Positions 9,348 to 16,772 of a stretch of 57,456 nt of DNA are shown one piece after another (position 1 is the stretch's first letter; the number at the start of each line of letters is the position of its first letter). Below the pieces are notes generated by a model. It was not told the origin of the DNA. It made no database searches and saw nothing but the letters and a program-made list of their open reading frames with translations. The stretch spans positions 1 to 57,456 of the forward strand of contig JAFGMG010000003.1 of assembly GCA_016927655.1 (NCBI GenBank), given 5' to 3'. Source of the stretch: Candidatus Dojkabacteria bacterium. Lineage in GTDB: Bacteria > Patescibacteriota > Dojkabacteria > B142 > JAFGMG01. Position numbers and translations under genes: made by a program.

Positions 9348-10493
9348 TCAAGTGTATACATCAATATCCTGGGGGATGAACTCCCTGAAGTTTTGAGGAG
9401 TAATCATAACGGAAGGAGCAATCCCATCAACTATTCTTTTAGCAACTTTTCTTGCAAGCTCCATCAGATTTCTCTCTAATTGTCTGACGCCGGCATCAAA
9501 TCCTAGAGGTCTAATGATCAAGTCCCAGACATCATCGCTGAATTGGAGCTGCGCCTCCGTAAGACCTGTGGCTTTGCGCACTTTTGGCAGGAGATATTTT
9601 TGAGCAATAATTTTCTTGTCATCTAGTGAATAGCTCGAGAATCTGATAATTTCAAGTCTATCCAAAAGTGCGCTTGAAACACCTCCTAGATTATTTGCCG
9701 TGAATATAAAAAGCACTTTTGATAGATCAACCGGATAGTCAATATAGTGATCTCTAAATGTAGAGTTTTGCTCCGGATCCAAAATCTCAAGGAGCGCTGC
9801 CATCACATCGGCTCTTAGACCTGTTTCAGAGCTGACTTTATCGATTTCATCAAGTAATATTACCGGATTCATAACTCTGGTCCTTACAAGCGCTTTCACA
9901 ATTTCCCCGGGTTCAGGGTTTTTGTCAGCCCGGCTTCTTCCTCTAAGCGCAGTAGATTCGCCAAGTGCTCCAAGTGAAATGCGTACAAACTGACGTCCAA
10001 GAGCTGACGCGATTGACCTTGCCATCGAAGTTTTACCAACACCCTGGATACCGACAAAACAAAGAATAGGTGCGTTTGTAGCTATGCTCTTGATCTCAGG
10101 CGCCGTAGCCTCCAACGCAGGATTTTCAGCTGTTTGAGTATTCTGGGTATTGAGTTTCAAAACAGCAAGATATTCTAATAATCTTGCTTTGACATTTTCC
10201 AGACCATAATGACCGGCATTGAGCTTTGCTTCAACATCTTGGATATTAAGATTATCCTCGGTGTAATTGCTCCATGGGATCGCCATTATCCAATCCGCGT
10301 ATTTTTTGATACTTTCAAATTCACTCGAATATACGCCGGATTTGGCTGCTATCACAAGGCGGCTGGCCATTGTCCTGAGTTTCTCTTTTAGTTCATTCGG
10401 GATACTTGCCGAGTTTACCTGATCCAAAAGAGTCTGGATCTCAGGGAGTTGAGAAATGTCAATTTGTGTATTTTGGGCAGGCTGCGTTGACAT
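9348..10493 (-). CDS. Lon-type AAA+ ATPase module without LON N-domain or protease domain
   Basis: HYGLENVKARLLEYLAV; Walker A GIQGVGKTS; LGALGESTALRGRSR (Lon has RGHRRTY); Walker B VILLDEIDK; LLEILDPEQNSTFRDHY; sensor-1 FIFTANN; LLDRLE; DAGVRQLER. The ORF ends about 35 aa after sensor-2. Confidence 0.8.
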   Translation of the reverse strand: MSTQPAQNTQIDISQLPEIQTLLDQVNSASIPNELKEKLRTMASRLVIAAKSGVYSSEFESIKKYADWIMAIPWSNYTEDNLNIQDVEAKLNAGHYGLENVKARLLEYLAVLKLNTQNTQTAENPALEATAPEIKSIATNAPILCFVGIQGVGKTSMARSIASALGRQFVRISLGALGESTALRGRSRADKNPEPGEIVKALVRTRVMNPVILLDEIDKVSSETGLRADVMAALLEILDPEQNSTFRDHYIDYPVDLSKVLFIFTANNLGGVSSALLDRLEIIRFSSYSLDDKKIIAQKYLLPKVRKATGLTEAQLQFSDDVWDLIIRPLGFDAGVRQLERNLMELARKVAKRIVDGIAPSVMITPQNFREFIPQDIDVYT

Positions 10494-10523
10494 CCTTTGT
10501 ATTTCACTTGTTGAATTGTATTA

Positions 10524-11231
10524 TTATTTTTTATCGGCTTCCTCTTCTTGTCCTTCTCCTGCTTCATCTCCCTCTTTCTTCTCACCTTCCACGCCTTCTT
10601 CGCCTTCCTCACCCTTTTCACCTTCCGCGCCCTCTTCGCCTTCTGCTTCTTCAACAACCTCTTCTTCGACAATCTCCTTTTGAGGAGGTGCTATATATGC
10701 AATTGCTGTTGTTAAATCTGCCGTACTCAAAAACTCAACATTTTCAGGTAATTCAACATCTTTTAATGTAATACTATCTCCTATTTCATTCAAATCATCA
10801 ATACTGATTTTGATAAGTTCTGGAATATCTTTAGGAAAACACCTGAGCGTCACTTCATCCATAGGATTTACGAGAAAACCAATGTTGTTCTTTACCGCCA
10901 TAGAAATCCCTGTCAGTTCAATTGGAACTTGAGCTGTAAGTTTCGTATTTTGATCGACTTCATAGAATGAAACATGCAAAAACTGATCTCTGAGAAAATC
11001 TTTCTGGACTTCTTTGATCAAAACAAGAGCGGGTTTTCCTTTTTCAATTTCAAGATTGATCAGCTTATTTTCTCCGGCATCTATATAAACCTGATGAAAT
11101 TCTTTCAAATCCAATACCAAATCTTCCGAATCTCTTTTTGCTCCATAGATAACCGCCGGGACCATACCTTCTTCTCTTAGCGTCTTAACCTTTTTCCCTT
11201 TTAATTCTCTTTTTTTTGCGTTTAATTTCAT
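10524..11231 (-). CDS. rplY: Ribosomal protein L25/Ctc with an acidic C-terminal tail
   Basis: RELKGKKVKTLREEGMVPAVIYG..., ...LINLEI.G....VLIKEVQ.D.....LHV.F, plus the second Ctc domain. The last ~47 aa are E/G-rich. Confidence 0.9.
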   Translation of the reverse strand: MKLNAKKRELKGKKVKTLREEGMVPAVIYGAKRDSEDLVLDLKEFHQVYIDAGENKLINLEIEKGKPALVLIKEVQKDFLRDQFLHVSFYEVDQNTKLTAQVPIELTGISMAVKNNIGFLVNPMDEVTLRCFPKDIPELIKISIDDLNEIGDSITLKDVELPENVEFLSTADLTTAIAYIAPPQKEIVEEEVVEEAEGEEGAEGEKGEEGEEGVEGEKKEGDEAGEGQEEEADKK

Positions 11232-11259
11232 TATTTATGCCTTTAATAAGTTACTAAAT

Positions 11260-11781
11260 TTATCTGGATGGCTTGATGACAACTCTTCTGTCTGAATCCT
11301 CGCCTACACTTTCGCTTTCAATTCTGTCATCCTCGCTAACTGTCAGGTGTACAATTCTTCTTTTAGCAGGATCCATAGGAGGCAATTCAACCGGCTGTCC
11401 GGATTCTAATACCTGATCAATTGCTCGTAGTGCCGTCTGCCTGGCCTGGTCTTCCTGTTTTGTTTTGTAATCATTGATATCAACAAGAATATTTATTCTT
11501 TGTCTTTCCTGTTGCTCAGAATCATCCTTTTTTTCCTGGTTCAAATTCAGGCTCATTATAATAGTTAAATACTGCTGCAAAGCTAAAATTCCCTGCCCTT
11601 TAAATCCAATCAAAAGTCCAAGCTCATCTCCTTCAATGTGAATCTTCAGATAGCTTTTATCATTATCCCCGTCTTCAAGCTCCGCTTTTATCTCGGCCTG
11701 CATATCGAGTTTCTCAATTATCTTCCCAGCTGTTTCTACGATTTGTTTAATACTATTTTCGTCCATTATTTTTTTCGACAA
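11260..11781 (-). CDS. jag: Jag/KhpB-like RNA-binding protein (KH plus R3H domains)
   Basis: A KH-like region (LGLLIGFKGQGILALQ) and a C-terminal R3H-like region (PMDPAKRRIVHLTV). It lies directly downstream of yidC, the usual partner. Confidence 0.85.
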   Translation of the reverse strand: MSKKIMDENSIKQIVETAGKIIEKLDMQAEIKAELEDGDNDKSYLKIHIEGDELGLLIGFKGQGILALQQYLTIIMSLNLNQEKKDDSEQQERQRINILVDINDYKTKQEDQARQTALRAIDQVLESGQPVELPPMDPAKRRIVHLTVSEDDRIESESVGEDSDRRVVIKPSR

Positions 11782-12643
11782 AATATTTCTTTTTTAAATT
11801 CTCTATAATCTTATCCCTTTTGAGAATTCCCTGCTGGATTATAACAAACAAGCTCGTTGTCGCAAAATACAAACTCAGCCCACTTGGGTAATTTAATGAG
11901 AAGAACCCAAGGATAAGCGGGAAAAACATCATCATCTGCCTATTTGTATCCTGGAAAACCTCGCCAAAGCTTGGGACGTCCTCTTCTCCGGCTTTCTTGT
12001 TTTTGGTCTTTTTCTTCTTTGCCAGCTCACGTTTTTTCTCTTCTTCTTTTTTCTGATCTTTAGTTAGTCCAGAAAGTATTTTCATTGAAAAATATTGTGT
12101 CAAAACAAGAAAGCCTGCAATCGCTAAATATGGCCACGAGTCAGCGAAATTCGTCAGCCCCTGATCCCTTGCAGATTCTCCAAGATTTAATACTCCTAGA
12201 AAATGCAGATTAAACTGATAACCTGCGGGGAATTTATCTATAAAACCATAAGCTAGTGTATTGAAACCCTCTGCTCCGTATTTGAGCAAATTCCTAATGA
12301 CGTAATTTATCTGGATAAGAAGAAGTAACTGCAAAATAATTGTAAAGCAGCCGGAAAGCTGTCCGGGGAGATATTCTCCCTGGAGTTTTGCAAGTTCTTT
12401 TGCCTGTTTGTCTTTGTTATTTTTGTATTTACTTTTTACGTCTTCGTACTTTTTCTGGAATTCTTTATTTTTATCGACGTTTTTGAGCTGCTTTACAGTC
12501 AGCGGATAAACAACAATCCTAGATAGCAGTGCGACAGCTATCAAGGCAAGCCCCATATCTTCTCCTAATATTCTGTAAAGAAAGACTAAAGAATTAAAAA
12601 CAAGTTCAAAAAGTGGTGCTACAAATAGAAAACCCCCATCCAT
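11753..12643 (-). CDS. yidC: Membrane protein insertase YidC (short, Gram-positive/Oxa1-like form)
   Basis: Five TM segments; LLSRIVVYPLTVKQ; K..........LQ; C-terminal PSGLSLYFATTSLFVIIQQ. A basic loop rich in K/E is also present. Confidence 0.9.
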   Translation of the reverse strand: MDGGFLFVAPLFELVFNSLVFLYRILGEDMGLALIAVALLSRIVVYPLTVKQLKNVDKNKEFQKKYEDVKSKYKNNKDKQAKELAKLQGEYLPGQLSGCFTIILQLLLLIQINYVIRNLLKYGAEGFNTLAYGFIDKFPAGYQFNLHFLGVLNLGESARDQGLTNFADSWPYLAIAGFLVLTQYFSMKILSGLTKDQKKEEEKKRELAKKKKTKNKKAGEEDVPSFGEVFQDTNRQMMMFFPLILGFFSLNYPSGLSLYFATTSLFVIIQQGILKRDKIIENLKKKYFVEKNNGRK

Positions 12644-12711
12644 AGTTTTTTAGTAATAAATTTCAAATATTATTTGGCCGAACCCTTGGATTTTAACACA
12701 AGAAGCCCGAT

Positions 12712-13071
12712 TTACGTTAATTGCTTCTCCAGTTCGATACCTTTTCTTGCTGCGATCATTGCTTCTTTGAACTTTCTGGCTCTCACAAGCTCAAGCACTT
12801 TATCTTCTATTGTTGCGTGGAGCTTTTTTTCATACTCAGTCATGATCGGCACGACAACGGCAGCCAGCTCTACAAATTCGTCATCTAACTTTGGTATTAC
12901 CTGCATGAGCTCTTGGTAGCTTATCTCTTCTGGCAGTTTTTCAAGAACCATTGCAGCAATCTTCTTGGATCTATCCTGGCTCATCTCACCGGCTTTCAGC
13001 CTTTCGGTTATCAGCCCTACGACTTGGTTTTGGAATTTTTCTCTAATTTGTTTTGCTCTTTCATCGGCCAT
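12712..13071 (-). CDS. Hypothetical small alpha-helical protein
   Basis: 119-aa ORF co-directional with its neighbours. Charged helical composition, with no motif I recognise. Confidence 0.55.
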   Translation of the reverse strand: MADERAKQIREKFQNQVVGLITERLKAGEMSQDRSKKIAAMVLEKLPEEISYQELMQVIPKLDDEFVELAAVVVPIMTEYEKKLHATIEDKVLELVRARKFKEAMIAARKGIELEKQLT

Positions 13072-13089
13072 TTTCTTATTTTGTAATGA

Positions 13090-13443
13090 TTATTTGGTTT
13101 GGATATTTTCTGCATCCATCATACTTTCTTCAAGTTCGTCTGTGTTGCGGTAAATGAGAGAAAGCGCCTGCATGATCTCTTTGAGCCTTATATCTCCATA
13201 CTCAAGCAACTTCCTTGAAGCTGCCACATCTCTCTGGATTTCTGCGAGGTTTTTATCGAATTCTAAAATTTTGCGCTCCATTCCGTCAATTTGCTGAAAA
13301 AGACTTCGGCCTTCTTCTGTGCCTGTTTCCCTAAATATACTACCGACGGCTCGCTCGAGTTTTTCGAATCTATTTATGAACCGGCTAAACTCGCTTGATA
13401 ACCTTTCAATATCGCTTTCAATTTCTTTGTTTGTCGTATCCAA
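13090..13443 (-). CDS. Hypothetical coiled-coil protein
   Basis: 117-aa ORF with heptad-like charged/hydrophobic periodicity. It starts 9 nt downstream of the GIY-YIG gene stop. Confidence 0.55.
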   Translation of the reverse strand: MDTTNKEIESDIERLSSEFSRFINRFEKLERAVGSIFRETGTEEGRSLFQQIDGMERKILEFDKNLAEIQRDVAASRKLLEYGDIRLKEIMQALSLIYRNTDELEESMMDAENIQTK

Positions 13444-13452
13444 TGGATTTAA

Positions 13453-13713
13453 TTAATTGGAAGTATTATACCTTGATAGGTCTAACTTCTCAATTTTTTC
13501 TTTCCTGCTCCAGCTTTTTATTTCTGCCTCCCTCTTTGAAGCGCTTGATTTATCCGGGTGCTTTTCTAAATATTTAAGTTTGAATGGCCGTCTTGAACGG
13601 ACATACTTAGACCCCTTGCCTGCAAGGTGAGTTTTCAGCCGTTTTTCAATATTGTTTGTGATGCCTGTATAGTAAGAATTATCCCGGCATTGAAGAACAT
13701 AAAGGTAGTACAT
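13453..13713 (-). CDS. GIY-YIG domain protein (UPF0213-like small nuclease domain)
   Basis: YYLYVLQCRDNSYYTGITNNIEKRLKTH...G.GSKY (GIY...YTG motifs) plus a conserved downstream E (REAEIK). Confidence 0.85.
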   Translation of the reverse strand: MYYLYVLQCRDNSYYTGITNNIEKRLKTHLAGKGSKYVRSRRPFKLKYLEKHPDKSSASKREAEIKSWSRKEKIEKLDLSRYNTSN

Positions 13714-13821
13714 AAAACGAGTATAGCAAATGTTTTGGCGTGCAATCTAATTTATCTTCATTGACTTTTCTGATCAATTAATTACAATAATGTATCTACT
13801 TAGCTTTATTAGCCTTATTAG

Positions 13822-14913
13822 GTGTTGAAGAAATCTCCTAAAACAAAAGTGATAATTTTTCTGGCTGCTTTTGGTTTATTTTTTGTGTTGTTCTCATTTG
13901 CTTATCTTGCCAATGACGACTTTGAATATAATTTTCAACAAGCGGAGATGTGGGCATCGGATGAATTACCCCAAAAGGAAGTCAATATTCAGGAGAAAGA
14001 GATTCAAGCGGCGGTAAATAGTACAACTATGGTCGGCCTTCATTCCAGCTTCAGTGCGGCAGAATCTGATCTACCCTCTTTTGCTGCTTTAGAAGAAAAT
14101 ATGCTTTCTATCAGCCCGGCACTCGGGGACATTGGGACATATGACATAAGTATTGTGAGCGAGGACGAAGAGGCCCGTTTTGAGTACACTTTTCATATAA
14201 ATGTCACACTTCCGGATATTGATTTTATAGAGCTTAAAACAGAAATTGAGGATATCCTTGGAGATCAAAAATCAAAGTATGCCATTTATGTTTATGATCT
14301 GAAAAGAGAAGAAAGTTTTGGTATCAATGAGGAAAAGATTTTCGCTCCTGGCAGCACATCGAAGCTTCCTTATGCAATTATTACTTTGCGTGACGTGGAT
14401 AAAGGCAAATACAGTCTTTCGTATGTCCGCCCAACTCTTGAAAGGTTGATTATTCATGGAAGCAACACTGCTATGATGGAGCTCGAAGAAATGCTTGGCG
14501 GAAACGCTACTTACAATGCACGGGTAAGAAGCGAACTTGGAGTAGATAATATTATGCGCTCCCCGCATGTTGTGCAGGCCAGTGATCTTGGAAGACTATA
14601 TATTGGGATTTATCATCAGGAGTATCTCTCAAAGGAAACAAATGACTTTTTGCTCTATCTTCTGCTAAATACAGGAGCACATTATGACAACAGGATCAAA
14701 CAGGGCCTTCCAGTTGAGAGGGGAGTGACTTTTGCTCATAAAACGGGCTGGGTGACAACTGACGGCGGCGGCGAAGCTTATAACGATTCAGGAATAGTGT
14801 ACGGCGAGCTGACTGACTATGTGATTGTGGTACTGGATAAAAATACAACACCAAACGAGGCGGTTAAAATGATGAAGCCGATTTCAGAGACTATATACGA
14901 TGCGCTGAACTGA
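13822..14913 (+). CDS. Membrane-anchored serine hydrolase of the class A beta-lactamase fold
   Basis: N-terminal TM helix, SxxK motif (GSTSKLPYA) and KTG motif (HKTGW). GTG start at 13822. Confidence 0.75.
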   Translation: MLKKSPKTKVIIFLAAFGLFFVLFSFAYLANDDFEYNFQQAEMWASDELPQKEVNIQEKEIQAAVNSTTMVGLHSSFSAAESDLPSFAALEENMLSISPALGDIGTYDISIVSEDEEARFEYTFHINVTLPDIDFIELKTEIEDILGDQKSKYAIYVYDLKREESFGINEEKIFAPGSTSKLPYAIITLRDVDKGKYSLSYVRPTLERLIIHGSNTAMMELEEMLGGNATYNARVRSELGVDNIMRSPHVVQASDLGRLYIGIYHQEYLSKETNDFLLYLLLNTGAHYDNRIKQGLPVERGVTFAHKTGWVTTDGGGEAYNDSGIVYGELTDYVIVVLDKNTTPNEAVKMMKPISETIYDALN

Positions 14914-14975
14914 GGAGTAATTTATATCTTTTAACTGTTCATCAAGATGTTAACATATTATTCTGTCTAAATATC

Positions 14976-16073
14976 ATGGCAACACAAGAACAAGAACACA
15001 GTACTCCAGATCTAAGCAACTTATACACACTACGAGACATGGCCCTTGATATACAATACGCCATTGATCCTATGGTCAAAGACTCATGGAATGGTACAGG
15101 AATAGAAGAAAGTGAGCAACTAGATTTGTTGCCAATTATTGCTACTGCTCGAGAGACTCTATATGAATTAGCTGGAAATGACATCGTACATAAAGTCCCA
15201 GAAGTAGAATTTGTAAATACAAGAGGCTTAGAATCCGTATTCAGAGAAACTGGGCAGGCCTTAGTCATACCTATAAGCGAAGTCCATTTATACAGGGGTA
15301 CAGTTATACATGATACAGATGACATACCAACCCGTATAATTGTAAATACCGTCTTATCATCCCCCAATGTTTTAACTGGCAGATTGGATGGTGTAAGACC
15401 GATGACTAGAGAGGAAGCCACTTTTGTTTCGATGCATGAAAGCTCACATGCTGTATGTCAAACCAAAATAATCAAGACAGAATCTCCTGATATCACAATA
15501 AAACAGCATGGCTTTTCTGAGATGAGAATTACAAGAAAGAATAATGAAGCAGAAGAAGAAATAGTAGATACACAAGAACACCATTCGTTGTTTAACGAAT
15601 GGATGACAGATTTTTTTGCCGCTTATAGTATTGATCCAGAAGTTACATCTTTTGAGCAACTTGCTTCAAAAGTACTAGATATACGAAAAGACTCTTATAT
15701 GGCCCGTCCCAGTGCTAGACCATTTAAAGCCTTTGCTAAATTACTTGATGCACTCGCAACCTTCGACCCAGAAACTAGAGATTTTCAAGAAGTAATCGGC
15801 AAAATCTTTAAATTCTATCGACATTCAGACAGAGAAGGATTCCTAGCGCATCTCAGATCTCTTTGTGCTAATGCAGGGCTATCTGGCTATTATTATAGTG
15901 CTCAATTTTCAAATTCGCACAACATATCCTATCTATTAGACTATTTTGAAACGAAGCAGATGACAGGAGTTGAAAATTATGCCAAATTAATTGGTTACCA
16001 TCTAGTAGGCGATGGAGATGCAGCAGAAAGACAAAGAAAAGGCCTAGCACCAGAGGAATTTTGGGCTGAATAA
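14976..16073 (+). CDS. Hypothetical protein with HExxH and downstream NExxxD (possible gluzincin-type metallopeptidase)
   Basis: SMHESSHAV (HExxH), and about 48 aa later SLFNEWMTDFFA, which resembles the thermolysin-type NEAxSD third-ligand helix. No signal peptide is evident. Confidence 0.5.
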   Translation: MATQEQEHSTPDLSNLYTLRDMALDIQYAIDPMVKDSWNGTGIEESEQLDLLPIIATARETLYELAGNDIVHKVPEVEFVNTRGLESVFRETGQALVIPISEVHLYRGTVIHDTDDIPTRIIVNTVLSSPNVLTGRLDGVRPMTREEATFVSMHESSHAVCQTKIIKTESPDITIKQHGFSEMRITRKNNEAEEEIVDTQEHHSLFNEWMTDFFAAYSIDPEVTSFEQLASKVLDIRKDSYMARPSARPFKAFAKLLDALATFDPETRDFQEVIGKIFKFYRHSDREGFLAHLRSLCANAGLSGYYYSAQFSNSHNISYLLDYFETKQMTGVENYAKLIGYHLVGDGDAAERQRKGLAPEEFWAE

Positions 16074-16178
16074 AGCAGAATCAATGGTGGAGCATAGTAT
16101 AGACTATAGAGCCAAGTATACGATGTCGGAACCTCGAGAACAACTAACTGAGAACCAGTTCCAGAGGTCAACAGAAGT

Positions 16179-16651
16179 TGGTGGAGATGGGGGTATTGAA
16201 ACCCCGTTCAAGAAATATTGCTAGTTGCCTCTACATGTGTAGACTATTTGTTTCAGACGGGTCAGGATAAAAATAGTCAAAAACCAAAACCCGACTGTTT
16301 AGATTAGTGCTTCGAAATTATCCCGCTAAACAAACGAAATAATCCCTGCGCCCAGGCTAAATTACGCTTGAAAAATTCCACCTGAGAAGAAAGTTTCAAA
16401 CGGGCTTAAGAGGGAGCCAAGGGCTCAACCGGTTAAGCAGCTACAGAAAATGAATTGAACTGTAGACCAGAGAACATTACTCTAGCTCCAGCAACAATTT
16501 CATTAACTGTATTGGTGATTCTGTTTTTGACGGTTATTTGTGGTCAGTGCCAGAAACGGCACTACTTGCATCTTACATTTACGAGCTGAGATACAAGAAA
16601 AGCTCGACACGCAGCAAAAAACATATATTCCCTGTCAAATCGCGCATCCCC
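16179..16651 (-). ncRNA. ssrA: tmRNA (SsrA), one-piece, about 473 nt
   Basis: On the minus strand the 5' end reads GGGGATGCGCGATTTGACAGGG (compare B. subtilis GGGGACGUUACGGAUUCGACAGGG). The 3' end reads GGGGTTTCAATACCCCCATCTCCACCA, giving a T-arm, acceptor strand, discriminator A and CCA. The acceptor helix GGGGATG/CATCTCC contains the G3-U70 alanine identity pair. An internal reading frame ends ...AAT TCA TTT TCT GTA GCT GCT TAA (..NSFSVAA stop; TAA at 16435..16433). Confidence 0.85.
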
Positions 16652-16772
16652 CGGCAAGATCCAGACAGATCCTCCCGGTGAATCGCGATTTCAAACAAGA
16701 TGTTGTCAAGGTGCTAAAAACTCTTTAAATACGCTATAATTATACCAAATTTGAGCAAATTCAGTCGATAAA

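Noticed and set aside
10406-10771. Several 75-121-aa ORFs rich in K/R or in L/P/S, overlapping the end of the L25 gene and the start of the Lon-like gene.
   Set aside because: They are alternative-frame or antisense readings of the GAA/GAG-rich DNA that encodes the L25 acidic tail. Their low-complexity composition is typical of such artefacts.
16540-16728. A 62-aa plus-strand ORF in the 16.1-16.7 kb gap.
   Set aside because: It lies antisense to the 5' part of the tmRNA identified on the minus strand. It has no coding-like features.
16652-16772. A defined promoter for ssrA and for the histidine kinase.
   Set aside because: A TTGACA is present on the minus strand at 16709-16704, but no acceptable -10 lies at 16-18 nt spacing. 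For the kinase, GCTATAAT at 16732-39 lacks a convincing -35. This is too weak to annotate.
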